Assembly: GCA_041691135.1 (NCBI GenBank) | Contig: JBEPVF010000002.1 | Location: forward strand, 1-64,000 | Reading direction: 5' to 3' | From: Candidatus Peribacteria bacterium | GTDB taxonomy: Bacteria; Patescibacteriota; Gracilibacteria; Peribacterales; Peribacteraceae | Length of the DNA: 64,000 nucleotides | The notes under the pieces: generated by a model | Databases searched by the model: none | What the model was told of the DNA's origin: nothing | Seen by the model: the letters and a program-made list of their open reading frames with translations, nothing else | Shown: one piece after another, positions 1-10,260 of the stretch | Layout: each line of letters opens with the position of its first letter | Position numbering within the stretch: the first letter of the stretch is position 1 | Made by a program: the position numbers and the translations under genes

Positions 1-55
1 CTTGTCGCGGGGAGACAAGAAAAAGAACACCAGTGGTGACTGGGAAGGTTGGTGC
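1..55. repeat. Dispersed palindromic repeat, copy truncated by window edge
   Basis: 54/55 identical to 41710-41764. Confidence 0.9.
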
Positions 56-201
56 AGGCAAACATCTTAGAATCGCGCCAAGGCATGGCGCTCTGCGGGG
101 TGCGGCACATACTCACGATGAATCGCATAAATTCCCACCAGCCGCGAAGAAAGCGACAGCGCCCAAATCAAAAACCTGACTATTAGCTTGTTTGGACTTT
201 T

Positions 202-894
202 TCACATCCACCCCTTCACCTTCAACCCCGCCTTCGCCGCTGCCTGCTCGGCTTTTTGCTTCGAATTTCCGCTACCCAAAGCCACTTTTTCCTCGCCTAT
301 AAAAACGGCGCAGGTGAAGTTTTTATCGTGGTCGGGGCCTTCTTCTTCCACCACATCGTAATGCGGTGTGATACCCATACGCTCCTGCGATCTCTCTTGG
401 AATAAACTCTTCTCGTCACGGTGTTTGCCGCGGGCCAGCAGATCTTGCAGGTGATTCAGAATGAACCGTCCGCAGAAATCACGAGCGGCATCGAAACCCT
501 GGTCCAGATAAATGGCACCGATCAATGCCTCCAATGCATTGGCTAGCGTAGACGATTTATTGCGGCCATCACTGGCCTCTTCGCCGCGACTCATGAATAG
601 ATACTCGCCCAATTTAATTTCGCGCGAAATTTCGGCCAGGTGTTCGCCCTGCACCAACGCCGAACGCCAGTTGGTCAGTTCACCTTCGGACTTCTGCGAT
701 AAATGGAACAAGTAATCGGTCGTCGCAAGCTCCAGAACGGCGTCGCCCAAAAATTCCAACCGCTCGTTGTGGCCGAATGTATTGCGCTCCTTGACGGCAC
801 TGCGATGTACGAGCGCCTGGATCAGCAAATCTTTTTTGCGGAAATGTATGCCGATACTTTTCTCCAGAAGCGTGATGGGAGCGGGCTGAGCCAT
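202..894 (-). CDS. rnc: Ribonuclease III
   Basis: HNERLEFLGDAVLEL signature, C-terminal dsRBD (EGPDHDKNF...GSGNSKQKAEQAAA); ATG 894 is 6 nt after a TACACT -10 box. Confidence 0.97.
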   Translation of the reverse strand: MAQPAPITLLEKSIGIHFRKKDLLIQALVHRSAVKERNTFGHNERLEFLGDAVLELATTDYLFHLSQKSEGELTNWRSALVQGEHLAEISREIKLGEYLFMSRGEEASDGRNKSSTLANALEALIGAIYLDQGFDAARDFCGRFILNHLQDLLARGKHRDEKSLFQERSQERMGITPHYDVVEEEGPDHDKNFTCAVFIGEEKVALGSGNSKQKAEQAAAKAGLKVKGWM

Positions 895-985
895 GACTAA
901 AGTGTAAAGTACCACGTTGCCAGGGCCAAGTTTCAGGCAAGTGAAATTTGAGCGCTATAACCGAAGGGATTTTGCTGTTTGGCAC

Positions 986-1390
986 TCAGGTCGTGCGGTG
1001 TGCAATGGCATTCAGGACGCCATTGACGAATTTTCCGCTTTCCTCGGTGCCGTACTCTTTGGCAATCTCAATCGCCTCATTCATGACCACCGCTGCCGGT
1101 GCATCATTGCCAAACAGCAGTTCGTAGGCACCCATAAGCAGGATACAACGAGAAATGGGATCCATGCGATCGAGCGGCCACTGTGGCGCGTGCTCCTGAA
1201 CGGCAGTCTTCACATCTTCTTCGCGTTGCAATACGCCCGCGAGCAGATCGCTAGCAAAGCCGTCATCGAGTTCACCTAATTCATCGGCATCGCGGTGCAA
1301 TGTTGAAGCAGGATCCATGCCTGCACGCTTCTCACGTTCAAACAGCACCTGCATGACCGCGATTCGAGAGAGATGACGACGTCGAGCCAT
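986..1390 (-). CDS. nusB: Transcription antitermination factor NusB
   Basis: RRHLSRIAVMQVLF, WPLDRM, NEAIEIAKEYG, FVNGVL motifs. Confidence 0.95.
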   Translation of the reverse strand: MARRRHLSRIAVMQVLFEREKRAGMDPASTLHRDADELGELDDGFASDLLAGVLQREEDVKTAVQEHAPQWPLDRMDPISRCILLMGAYELLFGNDAPAAVVMNEAIEIAKEYGTEESGKFVNGVLNAIAHRTT

Positions 1391-1397
1391 GGAGACA

Positions 1398-1477
1398 GAA
1401 TGAAGAATGTAAAATTGACAATGTACAATGAAACTGGAGGCAGGAATTGTACATTTTACATTCTACATTGTACATTC
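1398..1477. repeat. Inverted 7-nt-period tandem array (AATGTAA-type)
   Basis: aatgaag aatgtaa aattgac aatgtac aatgaaa ... ttgtaca ttttaca ttctaca ttgtaca between rpmF and nusB. Confidence 0.85.
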
Positions 1478-1483
1478 CTGACT

Positions 1484-1669
1484 TTACGCCTTGATGCGCG
1501 TGATGCCTTCGAGCGCCTTATCGGTCTTGTTCTTAGGCTCGGCAGGCGCAGCGTACGGCGAATTCTGACGGTTCATCAGACGGCGCACTTCGCGCAGCTG
1601 GAAGGCGGAATGCTGTGTGCGGCCACGGGATTTTTCCCGGCGCTTCTTTGGTGTCGGCTTCTTTGACAT
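1484..1669 (-). CDS. rpmF: 50S ribosomal protein L32 (Cys-less type)
   Basis: Small basic protein PTPKKRREKSRGRTQHS; rpmF-nusB-rnc context. Confidence 0.7.
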   Translation of the reverse strand: MSKKPTPKKRREKSRGRTQHSAFQLREVRRLMNRQNSPYAAPAEPKNKTDKALEGITRIKA

Positions 1670-1744
1670 GGGACGCTAGAGTAAAGTCAAATATTGCAGC
1701 TGTAAAGGCGATTTCGACTTAAAAATCAGAAGCTCTCCCCTTAT

Positions 1745-1780
1745 TTGCCATCTGGCTTTTGGCTTCTGGCTTTTACCATT
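1745..1780. repeat. 7-nt-period array (TGGCTTT/TGGCTTC)
   Basis: tctggcttt tggcttc tggcttt abutting the stop codon at 1781. Confidence 0.65.
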
Positions 1781-2473
1781 TTATCGCCTATTCCCCGACA
1801 TCGCCGTCATGAACCGCAGCACGTACAGGAAGAGGTTGAAGATATCCAAATACAAGCTCAGCGCCAGCATAAACGGATTGGCTCCATAGCGGCTGAGGGT
1901 TTGGACACGCTGTATGTCGTAGGCAGTAAAGAGAGCAAAGATAACGATGCCGCCGCCTGAAATCAGGAGTTCCGTGGTTCCTCCGCGCAGCGACGGAAAG
2001 ATGATCTGCAGCAACCCAAGAATGATCAAGCCGATCACTCCCATAAAGAGGGCGCGTGCCATACCGGACAGGTTCCACCCCGTTGCCCGTGCAACGACAG
2101 CCGCAGCGGCAACCATCAGGGTCGTCGACAGAAGCGCATTGAACAAAATGGAAGCGCCATTGACGTAGCTCAACAGGAGCATCATCAAATAGGGCGTGAT
2201 CGTTATACCCGAGATCAGCGGGAACGCGCCGAACAGCACATAATTCCAGGGGCTGATATCTTTCCACCAGTTCGCAGAAAGGATGAGTCCCAGTTCCATG
2301 ATAACGAACAGGAACATCAGGCCGGAGCTCAGCAGTACAGGAGCGGCAAGCGCACCCAGATATACTCCGACTACTGTGAGGCCGAGAGCGAGTGCAAACA
2401 GGCCGTAGACTTGTGATTCGACCGAGGCAGACAGGACAATCGGGCGATTTGAAACAGGATAAGAAGTATTCAT
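1781..2473 (-). CDS. Bax inhibitor-1/YccA family membrane protein
   Basis: About 7 TM helices, ALSLYLDIFNLF and AYDIQ motifs. Confidence 0.9.
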   Translation of the reverse strand: MNTSYPVSNRPIVLSASVESQVYGLFALALGLTVVGVYLGALAAPVLLSSGLMFLFVIMELGLILSANWWKDISPWNYVLFGAFPLISGITITPYLMMLLLSYVNGASILFNALLSTTLMVAAAAVVARATGWNLSGMARALFMGVIGLIILGLLQIIFPSLRGGTTELLISGGGIVIFALFTAYDIQRVQTLSRYGANPFMLALSLYLDIFNLFLYVLRFMTAMSGNRR

Positions 2474-2634
2474 GGCCTCATTGTACGCTCCAGCTGATCT
2501 GCTTCAACGAACTGCGATTGATTTTTTATTGAACACTTTTTGTACTCAAAATGGAGAAAAGTGCCACTTTGGCTCTATTTTGAGCCAAATTCACATGTAA
2601 AAAGCCTTCAAATTCTGCTATACTAGAGAGATTT

Positions 2635-3498
2635 ATGCACCGATACCGTCTGTTCCTCCCCGGCCTGCTCGGCATCGTATGTTCGATGCTACCTAGTCAT
2701 GCATGGGCTTACAGCCTGAGTTCGGGTTGGAATCGGGCTATTTGTAACATCGTCAGTTGCCGAGCCCCCGGTGCAGGCGGTGCTATCGGGCTACAACTGT
2801 ATAGCAAGGCCATTGTATTCCCGGCGCTCGAATTGCTGTTCGTCGGACTGCTGGCCATCATGCTCTTCTCCTATGGAGTCCAACTCGTCTTCCGCAGCAG
2901 CGAAGAGAGTGTGATCTCGGAATCGAAAGCCGCGTACACGTACGCCATTACCGGCGCTGCGATTGTCAGCTTTGCCGGCTTCTTCGCCAACACGTTTGAT
3001 CTGGTCGGCCGAAGCGGCGTCGTGATCAATATGACGCCGGCAGAACAGGCCTTCAACAATGTATTTATCTTCCTCAAAATGCTCCTCGGTGCAGCGCTCA
3101 CGGCCAATGCCGTGCTCCAGGCGTTCCGTTTGATCACCTCGGAAGGCAATGATGAACTTATCGGCCGGGCGCGAAAACGCTTCCTCGCCGGCTTCGTCGG
3201 TGTCGCAATCGTCCTGTTGGCAAATTCGATTATTCTGGGAATCGATCCCGATCTGGGCGCGAATCCCAATGTGATCGCCACGGAAATCGTCGGCGTGGCC
3301 AACTTCCTCCTGGCGCTGGTGGCTATCGCCGGCATCAGCGGACTGATCGTCTGCGGCTTGCTGCTGGTGGTATCGGTTGACGAGCAGCTGCAGGAACGGG
3401 CCAAAAAAATCTCACGGACGACACTCATTGCCCTCACCATCATCGTGATGTCCTATGCCCTCGTGAACACATTCATCAGTAACTTCCCTCGAAATTAA
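2635..3498 (+). CDS. Membrane protein with three VirB2/TrbC-like pilin repeats
   Basis: Signal peptide (AWA) and three units of TM-[G..L...E..(K/R)AK/RK..]-TM, typical of CPR pilin-like proteins. Confidence 0.7.
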   Translation: MHRYRLFLPGLLGIVCSMLPSHAWAYSLSSGWNRAICNIVSCRAPGAGGAIGLQLYSKAIVFPALELLFVGLLAIMLFSYGVQLVFRSSEESVISESKAAYTYAITGAAIVSFAGFFANTFDLVGRSGVVINMTPAEQAFNNVFIFLKMLLGAALTANAVLQAFRLITSEGNDELIGRARKRFLAGFVGVAIVLLANSIILGIDPDLGANPNVIATEIVGVANFLLALVAIAGISGLIVCGLLLVVSVDEQLQERAKKISRTTLIALTIIVMSYALVNTFISNFPRN

Positions 3499-4395
3499 AT
3501 GTCTTTCTCTTCGATTATGCGCCGGCTTTCATTCCTACTGGGATTGCTGCTCATACCAATGCAGAGTGCCGCATTCGACTTCGTGGGAACTATCAACTCA
3601 GCCGGTTCCGTCTTGGGGGCATGGCCCATCGGTCCGGGAGGAATCAAAGAAATAACGTACAGCATCATCGATCAGATGCGGCCCTTCATCGCCTTCATCG
3701 CCGTCCTGATGATCATGATATCGGGCTACCGGATCATTGTGGCACAGGAAGACGAAATAGCCGGCAAAGCCAAAACGACGATCAGCGCCTGCGTGAGCGG
3801 CATCATTTTGCTCTACTTGTACAAGCCGTTCATCAATGCGTTCTACGGCGTATCCGGCGCGGTGTGGACGACTAACCCGGCGGCAGGAGCCGGCATCGCC
3901 GTTACCGAAGTGCAGGGATTGATCAACTGGTCCATGGCCATCGTGGCATCGTTGGCGGTTACGATCATCATTGCCAGTGCACTGCGCGCCATCGCCACCA
4001 GCGGGAGCGAAGACGGCACGGCAGCACTTCGCAGAACCGTCTACAGCGTGGCAGCCGGCATCTTCATCCTTCTCCTGCGTATCACGATCAACAGAGTGCT
4101 GGGACTGACCGATCCGCGAGACGGTATTTCGGCCGGCTTCCCGCTTCCCAACGCACTCGTTGCTGTGGAAGCAATCATCAGGGTCATCGAATTCGTCCTC
4201 AGTTTTCTGGCTCTCATCGCCGTCATTTCGGTTCTCTACTCGGGAGTCTTGCTGGTGCTCAACCTGGGTGACGTCCAAGTCGCGATCAAATCGCGCGGCA
4301 TCATCTTCCGCGCAGTCATCGGCATCATCGTCATCGGTATCAGTTTTGCGTTGGTGGAATATGTGATTCGGATCGCTCCGGCATCGACCGGTTGA
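3499..4395 (+). CDS. Membrane protein with three VirB2/TrbC-like pilin repeats
   Basis: Abuts the upstream stop (TAA-ATG); same three-unit architecture. Confidence 0.7.
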   Translation: MSFSSIMRRLSFLLGLLLIPMQSAAFDFVGTINSAGSVLGAWPIGPGGIKEITYSIIDQMRPFIAFIAVLMIMISGYRIIVAQEDEIAGKAKTTISACVSGIILLYLYKPFINAFYGVSGAVWTTNPAAGAGIAVTEVQGLINWSMAIVASLAVTIIIASALRAIATSGSEDGTAALRRTVYSVAAGIFILLLRITINRVLGLTDPRDGISAGFPLPNALVAVEAIIRVIEFVLSFLALIAVISVLYSGVLLVLNLGDVQVAIKSRGIIFRAVIGIIVIGISFALVEYVIRIAPASTG

Positions 4396-4424
4396 TAGAA
4401 GCAGGCGAATGACAGAGGATTTTT

Positions 4425-5243
4425 TTAGTGTTTTGTTTTTCCGATTACTATTCCTACTTCGCATGCTCTGCGCACCGCTTCGACGTCGTGCGTACGAATG
4501 TACGAAGCGCCGTGTAGAGCAGCGATGGCCGAAGCGGCAATCGTAGCCGGCAATCGGTCTTGCGGAGGCAATTGCTCCGATCCGGCAAGGAAAGATTTGC
4601 GTGACGGACTGAGCAACAAGGGCGACCCGAGCGTTTGGAATTCGCGCAGCCGCGCGATGATCTCGAACGAGTATTTGGCATGCGCCGATACGAACCATCC
4701 CAGTCCTGGATCGAGAATAATATTTTTTTCGGCCACGCCCGCCTGCATCGCCGCCTGTTTCCTCTCACGCAGAAACGCGCTGATATGTCCGACAACATCA
4801 TGATAATCGATGGCATCTTTGGTCGTGCGCGGCGTGGGATCTTTGGAATACATCAACACCAGCGGCACTGATGCTTTTGCCACAACCGCGAACAGATTCG
4901 GATCCATACGCCCGGCTGTTACATCGTTGATCATAGACGCGCCGGCCTCGATCGCGGCAGTCGCGACATCGGCTTTGTACGTGTCCACGGAAATAATAAT
5001 CGAGGGATGCGCGGCATGAATGGCATGAATGATTGGTATGACGCGCTGGAGTTCTTCCTCGGTCGACACATCCGACGCACCGGGTCCGGACGACTCGCCT
5101 CCTACCTCGATGACATCCGCTCCTTCGTCGAACATGATTTGAGCCTGCGCCAACGCCGCATCCTCGGATACATTATTTCCGCCGTCGTAGAACGAATCGG
5201 GAGTGACGTTGAGAACACCGATAATCTTCGGACCTGTTGTCAT
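4425..5243 (-). CDS. folP: Dihydropteroate synthase
   Basis: GVLNVTPDSFYDGG, DPGLG, SRKSF, IRTHDV; start 6 nt after TATACT. Confidence 0.95.
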   Translation of the reverse strand: MTTGPKIIGVLNVTPDSFYDGGNNVSEDAALAQAQIMFDEGADVIEVGGESSGPGASDVSTEEELQRVIPIIHAIHAAHPSIIISVDTYKADVATAAIEAGASMINDVTAGRMDPNLFAVVAKASVPLVLMYSKDPTPRTTKDAIDYHDVVGHISAFLRERKQAAMQAGVAEKNIILDPGLGWFVSAHAKYSFEIIARLREFQTLGSPLLLSPSRKSFLAGSEQLPPQDRLPATIAASAIAALHGASYIRTHDVEAVRRACEVGIVIGKTKH

Positions 5244-5434
5244 GTGACCAGTATAAGGATTCAAGAGATACAAGGGAAACAAGAGATGCAGAAGGTTTCT
5301 AAAAAAGAACGGGAACGCACGGCAGATGCCGGCGATGAACATGCTTCGGTGAAGAAGCCGCGGAGAAAGCGACAGCGCCAAGCTGAATACACTGAGAGCC
5401 AAGTCTTAATCGACTCTGCTCAGAGTATGAGGAT

Positions 5435-7093
5435 CTACACCGTCCACGCCTTCCGCACGTATTCTTCCACGCAGCGGTTGCTGTTAAAGTAGCCCATCAA
5501 TGCGATACTGCGCTTCATGCGGCGCAACCAGCGTTCGCGGCCCTGGTAGTAGTACTCGGGAATCACCTGGTACTGCAATTGGGTATACAAGTCTTCGGCA
5601 TCAATCTGACGCGTGTCGTCGGCATTCAGCGGCAGCGCCAACGGTCCGATGCGCCAGCCCGATTGCGGATCGCGTTCATAGCCTTCGATCCACCAACCGT
5701 CGAGCGTGGAAAGATTGAGGACGCCGTTGAGGCATGCCTTCATGCCCGAAGTACCCGATGCTTCGTGCAGACGCGTGGGTGTGTTTAGCCACACATCGGC
5801 GCCGGCAACCAGCAGACGCGCCAGATCCGGACTGTAGTTCGGCATGTAAACGATGCGCACGCTATCGCGCAGTTCGTGCGAACGTTCGACCATGTGGCGA
5901 ATCACTTCCTGTGAGAACGGATCGTCCGGGTGCGCGTTACCGGCATGAATGATCTGCAGACGTCCGCCGCCGACTTCTTTCAGACGCAGCAGATTGGTAT
6001 ACAGAAGTTCCGGCCGCTTGTAGGGCACCACGCGACGGGCGCTGGCAATGGTGAGTGTGTGTTCGTCAAAGGGTAGATCGGTGTGCTGTTTTACGACGCG
6101 CATCAATTCCTTTTTGTTCTCCAGATGCGCCAACCACAGGGCGTCATCGGGCACATCATCGGCATGCGCACCCAAGAGTGACGGTTGTTCGCGCCAACCG
6201 GGAATGCAGTTGTCGAACAGCGTTTGGAATGCGGGCGATGTCCATTCCAGGTGGTACACACCGTTGGTGATGTAATCGATGGCCGGATTGTTCAGAATCT
6301 CCCGCGAGACCTGACCGTGCACGCGCGAGACGCCGAATGTCTTGCGGCTCATCGTCATGGCCAGCGTCGTCATCGACAACGCATCGTCGCCGGCAATTTT
6401 TTTGATGTGCCATGGCAATTGATCGCCGGCGATGCGCCACGCCAGATCGTAGGCAAACACATCGTGACCGGCCTTGACGGGAGTGTGCGTGGTAAAGGTG
6501 CATGATCGGCGAACGTCTTCATCTTTAAAATCGCGTTCGCGGAGCAACTCAAGGGTGAGGAACGCACAGTGGCCTTCGTTCATATGAAACGTCTCCACCT
6601 GATCATGACCCAGTGCGCGGAGAAATTTTACGCCACCGATGCCCAGGACAATCTCCTGACGAATGCGCATCGCCTGGTCGCCGCCGTAGAGCTTGCGCGT
6701 GATGTCGCGATCCTCGGGAGTGTTCTCGGGAAAATTGGTGTCGAGAAAGTAAATCGGCACGCGGTGTGTTCCGTGTTCCATCATCAGCACCCATCCCCCG
6801 ACAGTCACGGTCCTTCCTTCCACCTGCACCGTCACTTTCTGCGAGAGCGGTTGCAATTCGGTGTGCGGATCCCACGTCACTTCTTCGTACTGCTGACTTC
6901 CATCGGCATGCAGGCTCTGTCGCAAGTATCCGTACCGCCATGCAACGGTGACGCACGCCGCACTGACGCCAAGATGGCAACATGACCGCATAATGTCGGC
7001 CGTGAGGATGCCAAGGCCGCCCGCGAAGGTGGGAATGGTGCTCTTGAGGCCGATTTCCATCGAGAAGTAGGCGACAGACAGTGGCTTGGACAT
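5435..7093 (-). CDS. glgP: Alpha-glucan (glycogen/maltodextrin) phosphorylase
   Basis: AYFSMEIG, GGLGIL, HMNEGH, FTTHTPV, EASGTSGMKA PLP motif. Confidence 0.95.
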   Translation of the reverse strand: MSKPLSVAYFSMEIGLKSTIPTFAGGLGILTADIMRSCCHLGVSAACVTVAWRYGYLRQSLHADGSQQYEEVTWDPHTELQPLSQKVTVQVEGRTVTVGGWVLMMEHGTHRVPIYFLDTNFPENTPEDRDITRKLYGGDQAMRIRQEIVLGIGGVKFLRALGHDQVETFHMNEGHCAFLTLELLRERDFKDEDVRRSCTFTTHTPVKAGHDVFAYDLAWRIAGDQLPWHIKKIAGDDALSMTTLAMTMSRKTFGVSRVHGQVSREILNNPAIDYITNGVYHLEWTSPAFQTLFDNCIPGWREQPSLLGAHADDVPDDALWLAHLENKKELMRVVKQHTDLPFDEHTLTIASARRVVPYKRPELLYTNLLRLKEVGGGRLQIIHAGNAHPDDPFSQEVIRHMVERSHELRDSVRIVYMPNYSPDLARLLVAGADVWLNTPTRLHEASGTSGMKACLNGVLNLSTLDGWWIEGYERDPQSGWRIGPLALPLNADDTRQIDAEDLYTQLQYQVIPEYYYQGRERWLRRMKRSIALMGYFNSNRCVEEYVRKAWTV

Positions 7094-7142
7094 ATCGGAT
7101 TATTATACCATATTTTCGTGTAGAAAGCACTACGCTTGAGGG

Positions 7143-7221
7143 CGCTAATTACGGCGTATGAACTAAGAATTACGATAGAATACGTATCATCAATATCTTG
7201 TAATTCGTGATTCAAAAATTC
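7143..7221. repeat. Degenerate inverted 7-nt-period array (ACGAATT-type)
   Basis: atgaact aagaatt acga ... ttgtaat tcgtgat tcaaaaattc. Confidence 0.5.
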
Positions 7222-7256
7222 ACTCGGTACCCTTTGCTCTTCTCACGATTCCTCCT

Positions 7257-8633
7257 ATGACTGCCGTCGACCCACGTATTTTTCGCGCTTATGACATCCG
7301 GGGCAAAGCCCACGATCAATTGACTGCCGATGTGTGCCGCTCGATCGGTCAGGCATTCGGCAGCGTCCTGGTCGAGCGATGCGAGAGCGAGTTTCCAAGC
7401 GTAGTGGTGGGAAGTGATGCGCGCACGCACAGTCCGGAATTCCTGAACGCGGTTGCCGACGGCCTTGTCGCCACCGGCTGCCGTGTGCTCCTGATGGGCG
7501 AAACGCCGAGCCCGATCAACTACTTCACCATCTGCACGCGCAAACTGGACGGCGGCGTGCAGATCACGGCGAGCCATAATCCGGCCGAAGACAACGGACT
7601 CAAATTGCAGACACGTGATGCCGAAGCCTATGCCGGCGACGATCTGCAACATCTGCGCGGTCGTGTGGAGGAAGGCGTGTTCCGACCCGGCAACGGCTGG
7701 CAGGAGCCGATTGATGCGATCGGACCGTACGTTGCATTCGTGACCAAGCTGTTCGCCGATCTCGGGCATGGCCGGACGGTGGTTGTCGATAGCGGCAATG
7801 GCGTGACAGGACCGGTCTACTGCGATGCACTGCGCAAGGTCGGCTTTACGGTGATCGAGTTATACACCGAGCCCGACGGCACATTCCCGAACCATCCGGC
7901 GGATCCGAGCAAGCACGAGACGCTCAAAGAGTTGCAGCAAAAAGTGACGGAGCATCATGCGATTGCTGGCCTCGCGTTCGATGGCGACGGTGACCGATTC
8001 GGTCTGGTCGACGAAACAGGCAAGGTGCGCACTGCCGATGAAGTACTGCTGCTTCTCGCACGCGATCACCTGAGCCGCCATGCCGGTGCACCGGTGATTT
8101 TTACAGTGAGTAATTCGAGCATGTTGGAAACCGAAGTGAAGAAATGGGGCGGCAATCCGATCATGTGCAAAGTGGGCCACTCGTTCGTCGAACATGCCAT
8201 GCGCGAACACAACGCGTTGCTTGGCGGCGAGCAATCGGGACACTTTTTCTGCGGCGAGGAATACTTTGGCTTCGATGATGCGCTGGTCGCCGCCTTGCGG
8301 ACGCTCAAAGCCATCGGTAGCGGATCGGTCACCACAGCCATGGCAGATTTTCCGCAGGTGTACCAGGCACTCGAACGCCGACCAACCTGTCCTGATGATG
8401 AGAAATGGCACGTAATCGAAGACATCACCAAACATTTTGCCGCTTCACATCCGGTGAACACGCTCGATGGCGCCCGCATCGACTTCGGTGACGGGGCGTG
8501 GGCCGGCATCCGCGCCAGCAATACGAGCCCCTGCCTGTCCATTTGCATCGAAGCACGCACACCCGAAAAGTTACAACAGGTGGAAAACGAGGTGCTGACG
8601 CAGCTACACACGTATAAAGAAGTGCTTCTGTGA
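7257..8633 (+). CDS. Phosphomannomutase/phosphoglucomutase
   Basis: IFRAYDIRG, TASHNP, FDGDGDR, GEQSGH, RASNT motifs. Confidence 0.95.
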   Translation: MTAVDPRIFRAYDIRGKAHDQLTADVCRSIGQAFGSVLVERCESEFPSVVVGSDARTHSPEFLNAVADGLVATGCRVLLMGETPSPINYFTICTRKLDGGVQITASHNPAEDNGLKLQTRDAEAYAGDDLQHLRGRVEEGVFRPGNGWQEPIDAIGPYVAFVTKLFADLGHGRTVVVDSGNGVTGPVYCDALRKVGFTVIELYTEPDGTFPNHPADPSKHETLKELQQKVTEHHAIAGLAFDGDGDRFGLVDETGKVRTADEVLLLLARDHLSRHAGAPVIFTVSNSSMLETEVKKWGGNPIMCKVGHSFVEHAMREHNALLGGEQSGHFFCGEEYFGFDDALVAALRTLKAIGSGSVTTAMADFPQVYQALERRPTCPDDEKWHVIEDITKHFAASHPVNTLDGARIDFGDGAWAGIRASNTSPCLSICIEARTPEKLQQVENEVLTQLHTYKEVLL

Positions 8634-8693
8634 GGATTCAGGAGAAATCCTTCTTTTTTCTCGTTCGAGGTTAGCATCTGCTACACTGAAATT

Positions 8694-8885
8694 ATGTGGC
8701 CTTTCCGCAGAAAGAAGAAAGATTCGCCGAAGTCCTCCAAACGTCCCAGCAAAGTGGTCAACCGACTGGTGGTCGGCTTGATCATCGGCGGTGCGATCGG
8801 TTCCATTATTGGAAAAAGCGTCGGTGAGGAGCAGGAAGAATTGAAGGAGGAAAAGAAAAAAGAGAAGGGGGAAATTGAAAATTGA
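8694..8885 (+). CDS. Small single-TM protein
   Basis: GLIIGGAIGSIIG helix; TGcTACACT 6 nt before ATG. Confidence 0.75.
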   Translation: MWPFRRKKKDSPKSSKRPSKVVNRLVVGLIIGGAIGSIIGKSVGEEQEELKEEKKKEKGEIEN

Positions 8886-8944
8886 GATTGCCGAAAATCA
8901 TTCCGATCACGGAGTCATTTCCAAAATTTTCAATTATCCATTCC

Positions 8945-9937
8945 TCATTCATCCATTTCTCCCACCAAGCTCCGCTCCATCATTTCGCGCAGTCTGCGGG
9001 ATGACTGCGTCTGGGTGAGCGCCCACATCAACTTTACCATCGCGCATTCGTAGGTCATGTTTTTGCCAGAAATGATGCCAAGTTCTTCGAGCACGAGCTG
9101 CTTACGATATTTGTGCAGATCGATGGTGCCGCGGAGCGATTGGGACGTGAAGACGACCGGAATATCTTCCTTCGCCACTTTGCGCAGCCACGGGAAGAGC
9201 TCTTCCGGAATCATACCCACGCCATATGCTCGCATGATGATGCCATGCGGGCGGATAGCCAGAACAGCGTCCAGAAAATGATTGGAAATCCCCGGCGTGA
9301 GTGTGAGGACGACGACATTAGAATCGAAAGTGGGCTGGGAAAGTAACGTGCGCTTGCGACGGACTGTGCGCCACGGGTGCAGATAGATTTCCGTACTGAA
9401 GTCGGCGAGTTCCGGAAAGCGCGGCGTATCGAACGTTTGCAGAATCGACTCGTCAACTTTCTTGGCCCGACAACCGCGCAACACGCGCGGCCCCAGCACA
9501 ATACCTACTTCGGCGATATCGAGCAGCGCCGCGCGGATGGCGAAAATTAAATTCATGCGGCCGTCACCAGTGAGTTCGTTGATGGGATGCAACGCGCCGG
9601 TAAGGATGATCGGCTTGCGCAAGTTCTGCAGCGCGAAGCTGAGGGCCGACGCGGTGTAGTTCATCGTGTTCGTGCCGTGGATGACCACGAACCCTTCGTA
9701 TTCGTTGTAGAGCGACTCGATCTTCTGCGCCAACTCCACCCATAATTCCGGCGTCACGTCGGATGAGCCGACATTGGAAACCGAAAAGAAATCGAGCGAT
9801 ACTTCCTTCTGCATTTCCGGAATAGCCCGGTGAATCATGCTGAGCGATTCAACAGGTTCGATGCGACCGGTCTTCTGATTCATCACCATACCGATCGAAC
9901 CGCCGACGTAGAGAATACCGACTTTGGGCCTGGGCAT
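8945..9937 (-). CDS. ansA: Type I L-asparaginase-family protein with altered catalytic motifs
   Basis: GGSIGM, HGTNTMNYTASALSF, KPIILTGA, MTYECAMVKLMWAL. Confidence 0.85.
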   Translation of the reverse strand: MPRPKVGILYVGGSIGMVMNQKTGRIEPVESLSMIHRAIPEMQKEVSLDFFSVSNVGSSDVTPELWVELAQKIESLYNEYEGFVVIHGTNTMNYTASALSFALQNLRKPIILTGALHPINELTGDGRMNLIFAIRAALLDIAEVGIVLGPRVLRGCRAKKVDESILQTFDTPRFPELADFSTEIYLHPWRTVRRKRTLLSQPTFDSNVVVLTLTPGISNHFLDAVLAIRPHGIIMRAYGVGMIPEELFPWLRKVAKEDIPVVFTSQSLRGTIDLHKYRKQLVLEELGIISGKNMTYECAMVKLMWALTQTQSSRRLREMMERSLVGEMDE

Positions 9938-9987
9938 GGGAAAAGGCTAGCGGAGGTCGGGTATCCGATCTAGGGCTGGGTTTGTAG

Positions 9988-10031
9988 AGGAGGACTCCGA
10001 AGATTCCGACGGCGCCGAAGAAACCGAAGAA
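9988..10031. repeat. Single arm of 9-nt-period array (AACCGAAGA-type)
   Basis: 10006-10027 is the exact reverse complement of 34290-34311. Confidence 0.8.
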
Positions 10032-10034
10032 CTG

Positions 10035-10152
10035 CCCCTACCCCGTCGCGGGGTAGGGGTGACGAGCAAAGCGAGTCGGGTGGGAGCAGAAGGCGAGCGC
10101 TCACGCTGGAGATGCTTCTCTGCAACCGCCACAAAGAAAGCGATAGCGCCCC
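10035..10152. repeat. REP-like palindrome cluster
   Basis: cccctaccccg-tcg-cggggtagggg hairpin; gccacaaagaaagcgatagcgccc resembles 141-164. Confidence 0.6.
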
Positions 10153-10206
10153 ATATGCAAATGAAGAAAGCCTAGAAATGATCACATACATCGGCGGACA
10201 CATTGG

Positions 10207-10260
10207 AAAAAACCCCGCACCGTTCTGATCTCCGTTCTTGAAGACCAGGATGGTGCGGGG
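10207..10260 (-). terminator. Intrinsic terminator of the candidate ncRNA
   Basis: Minus strand ccccgcacc...ggtgcgggg followed by TTTTTT. Confidence 0.7.
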
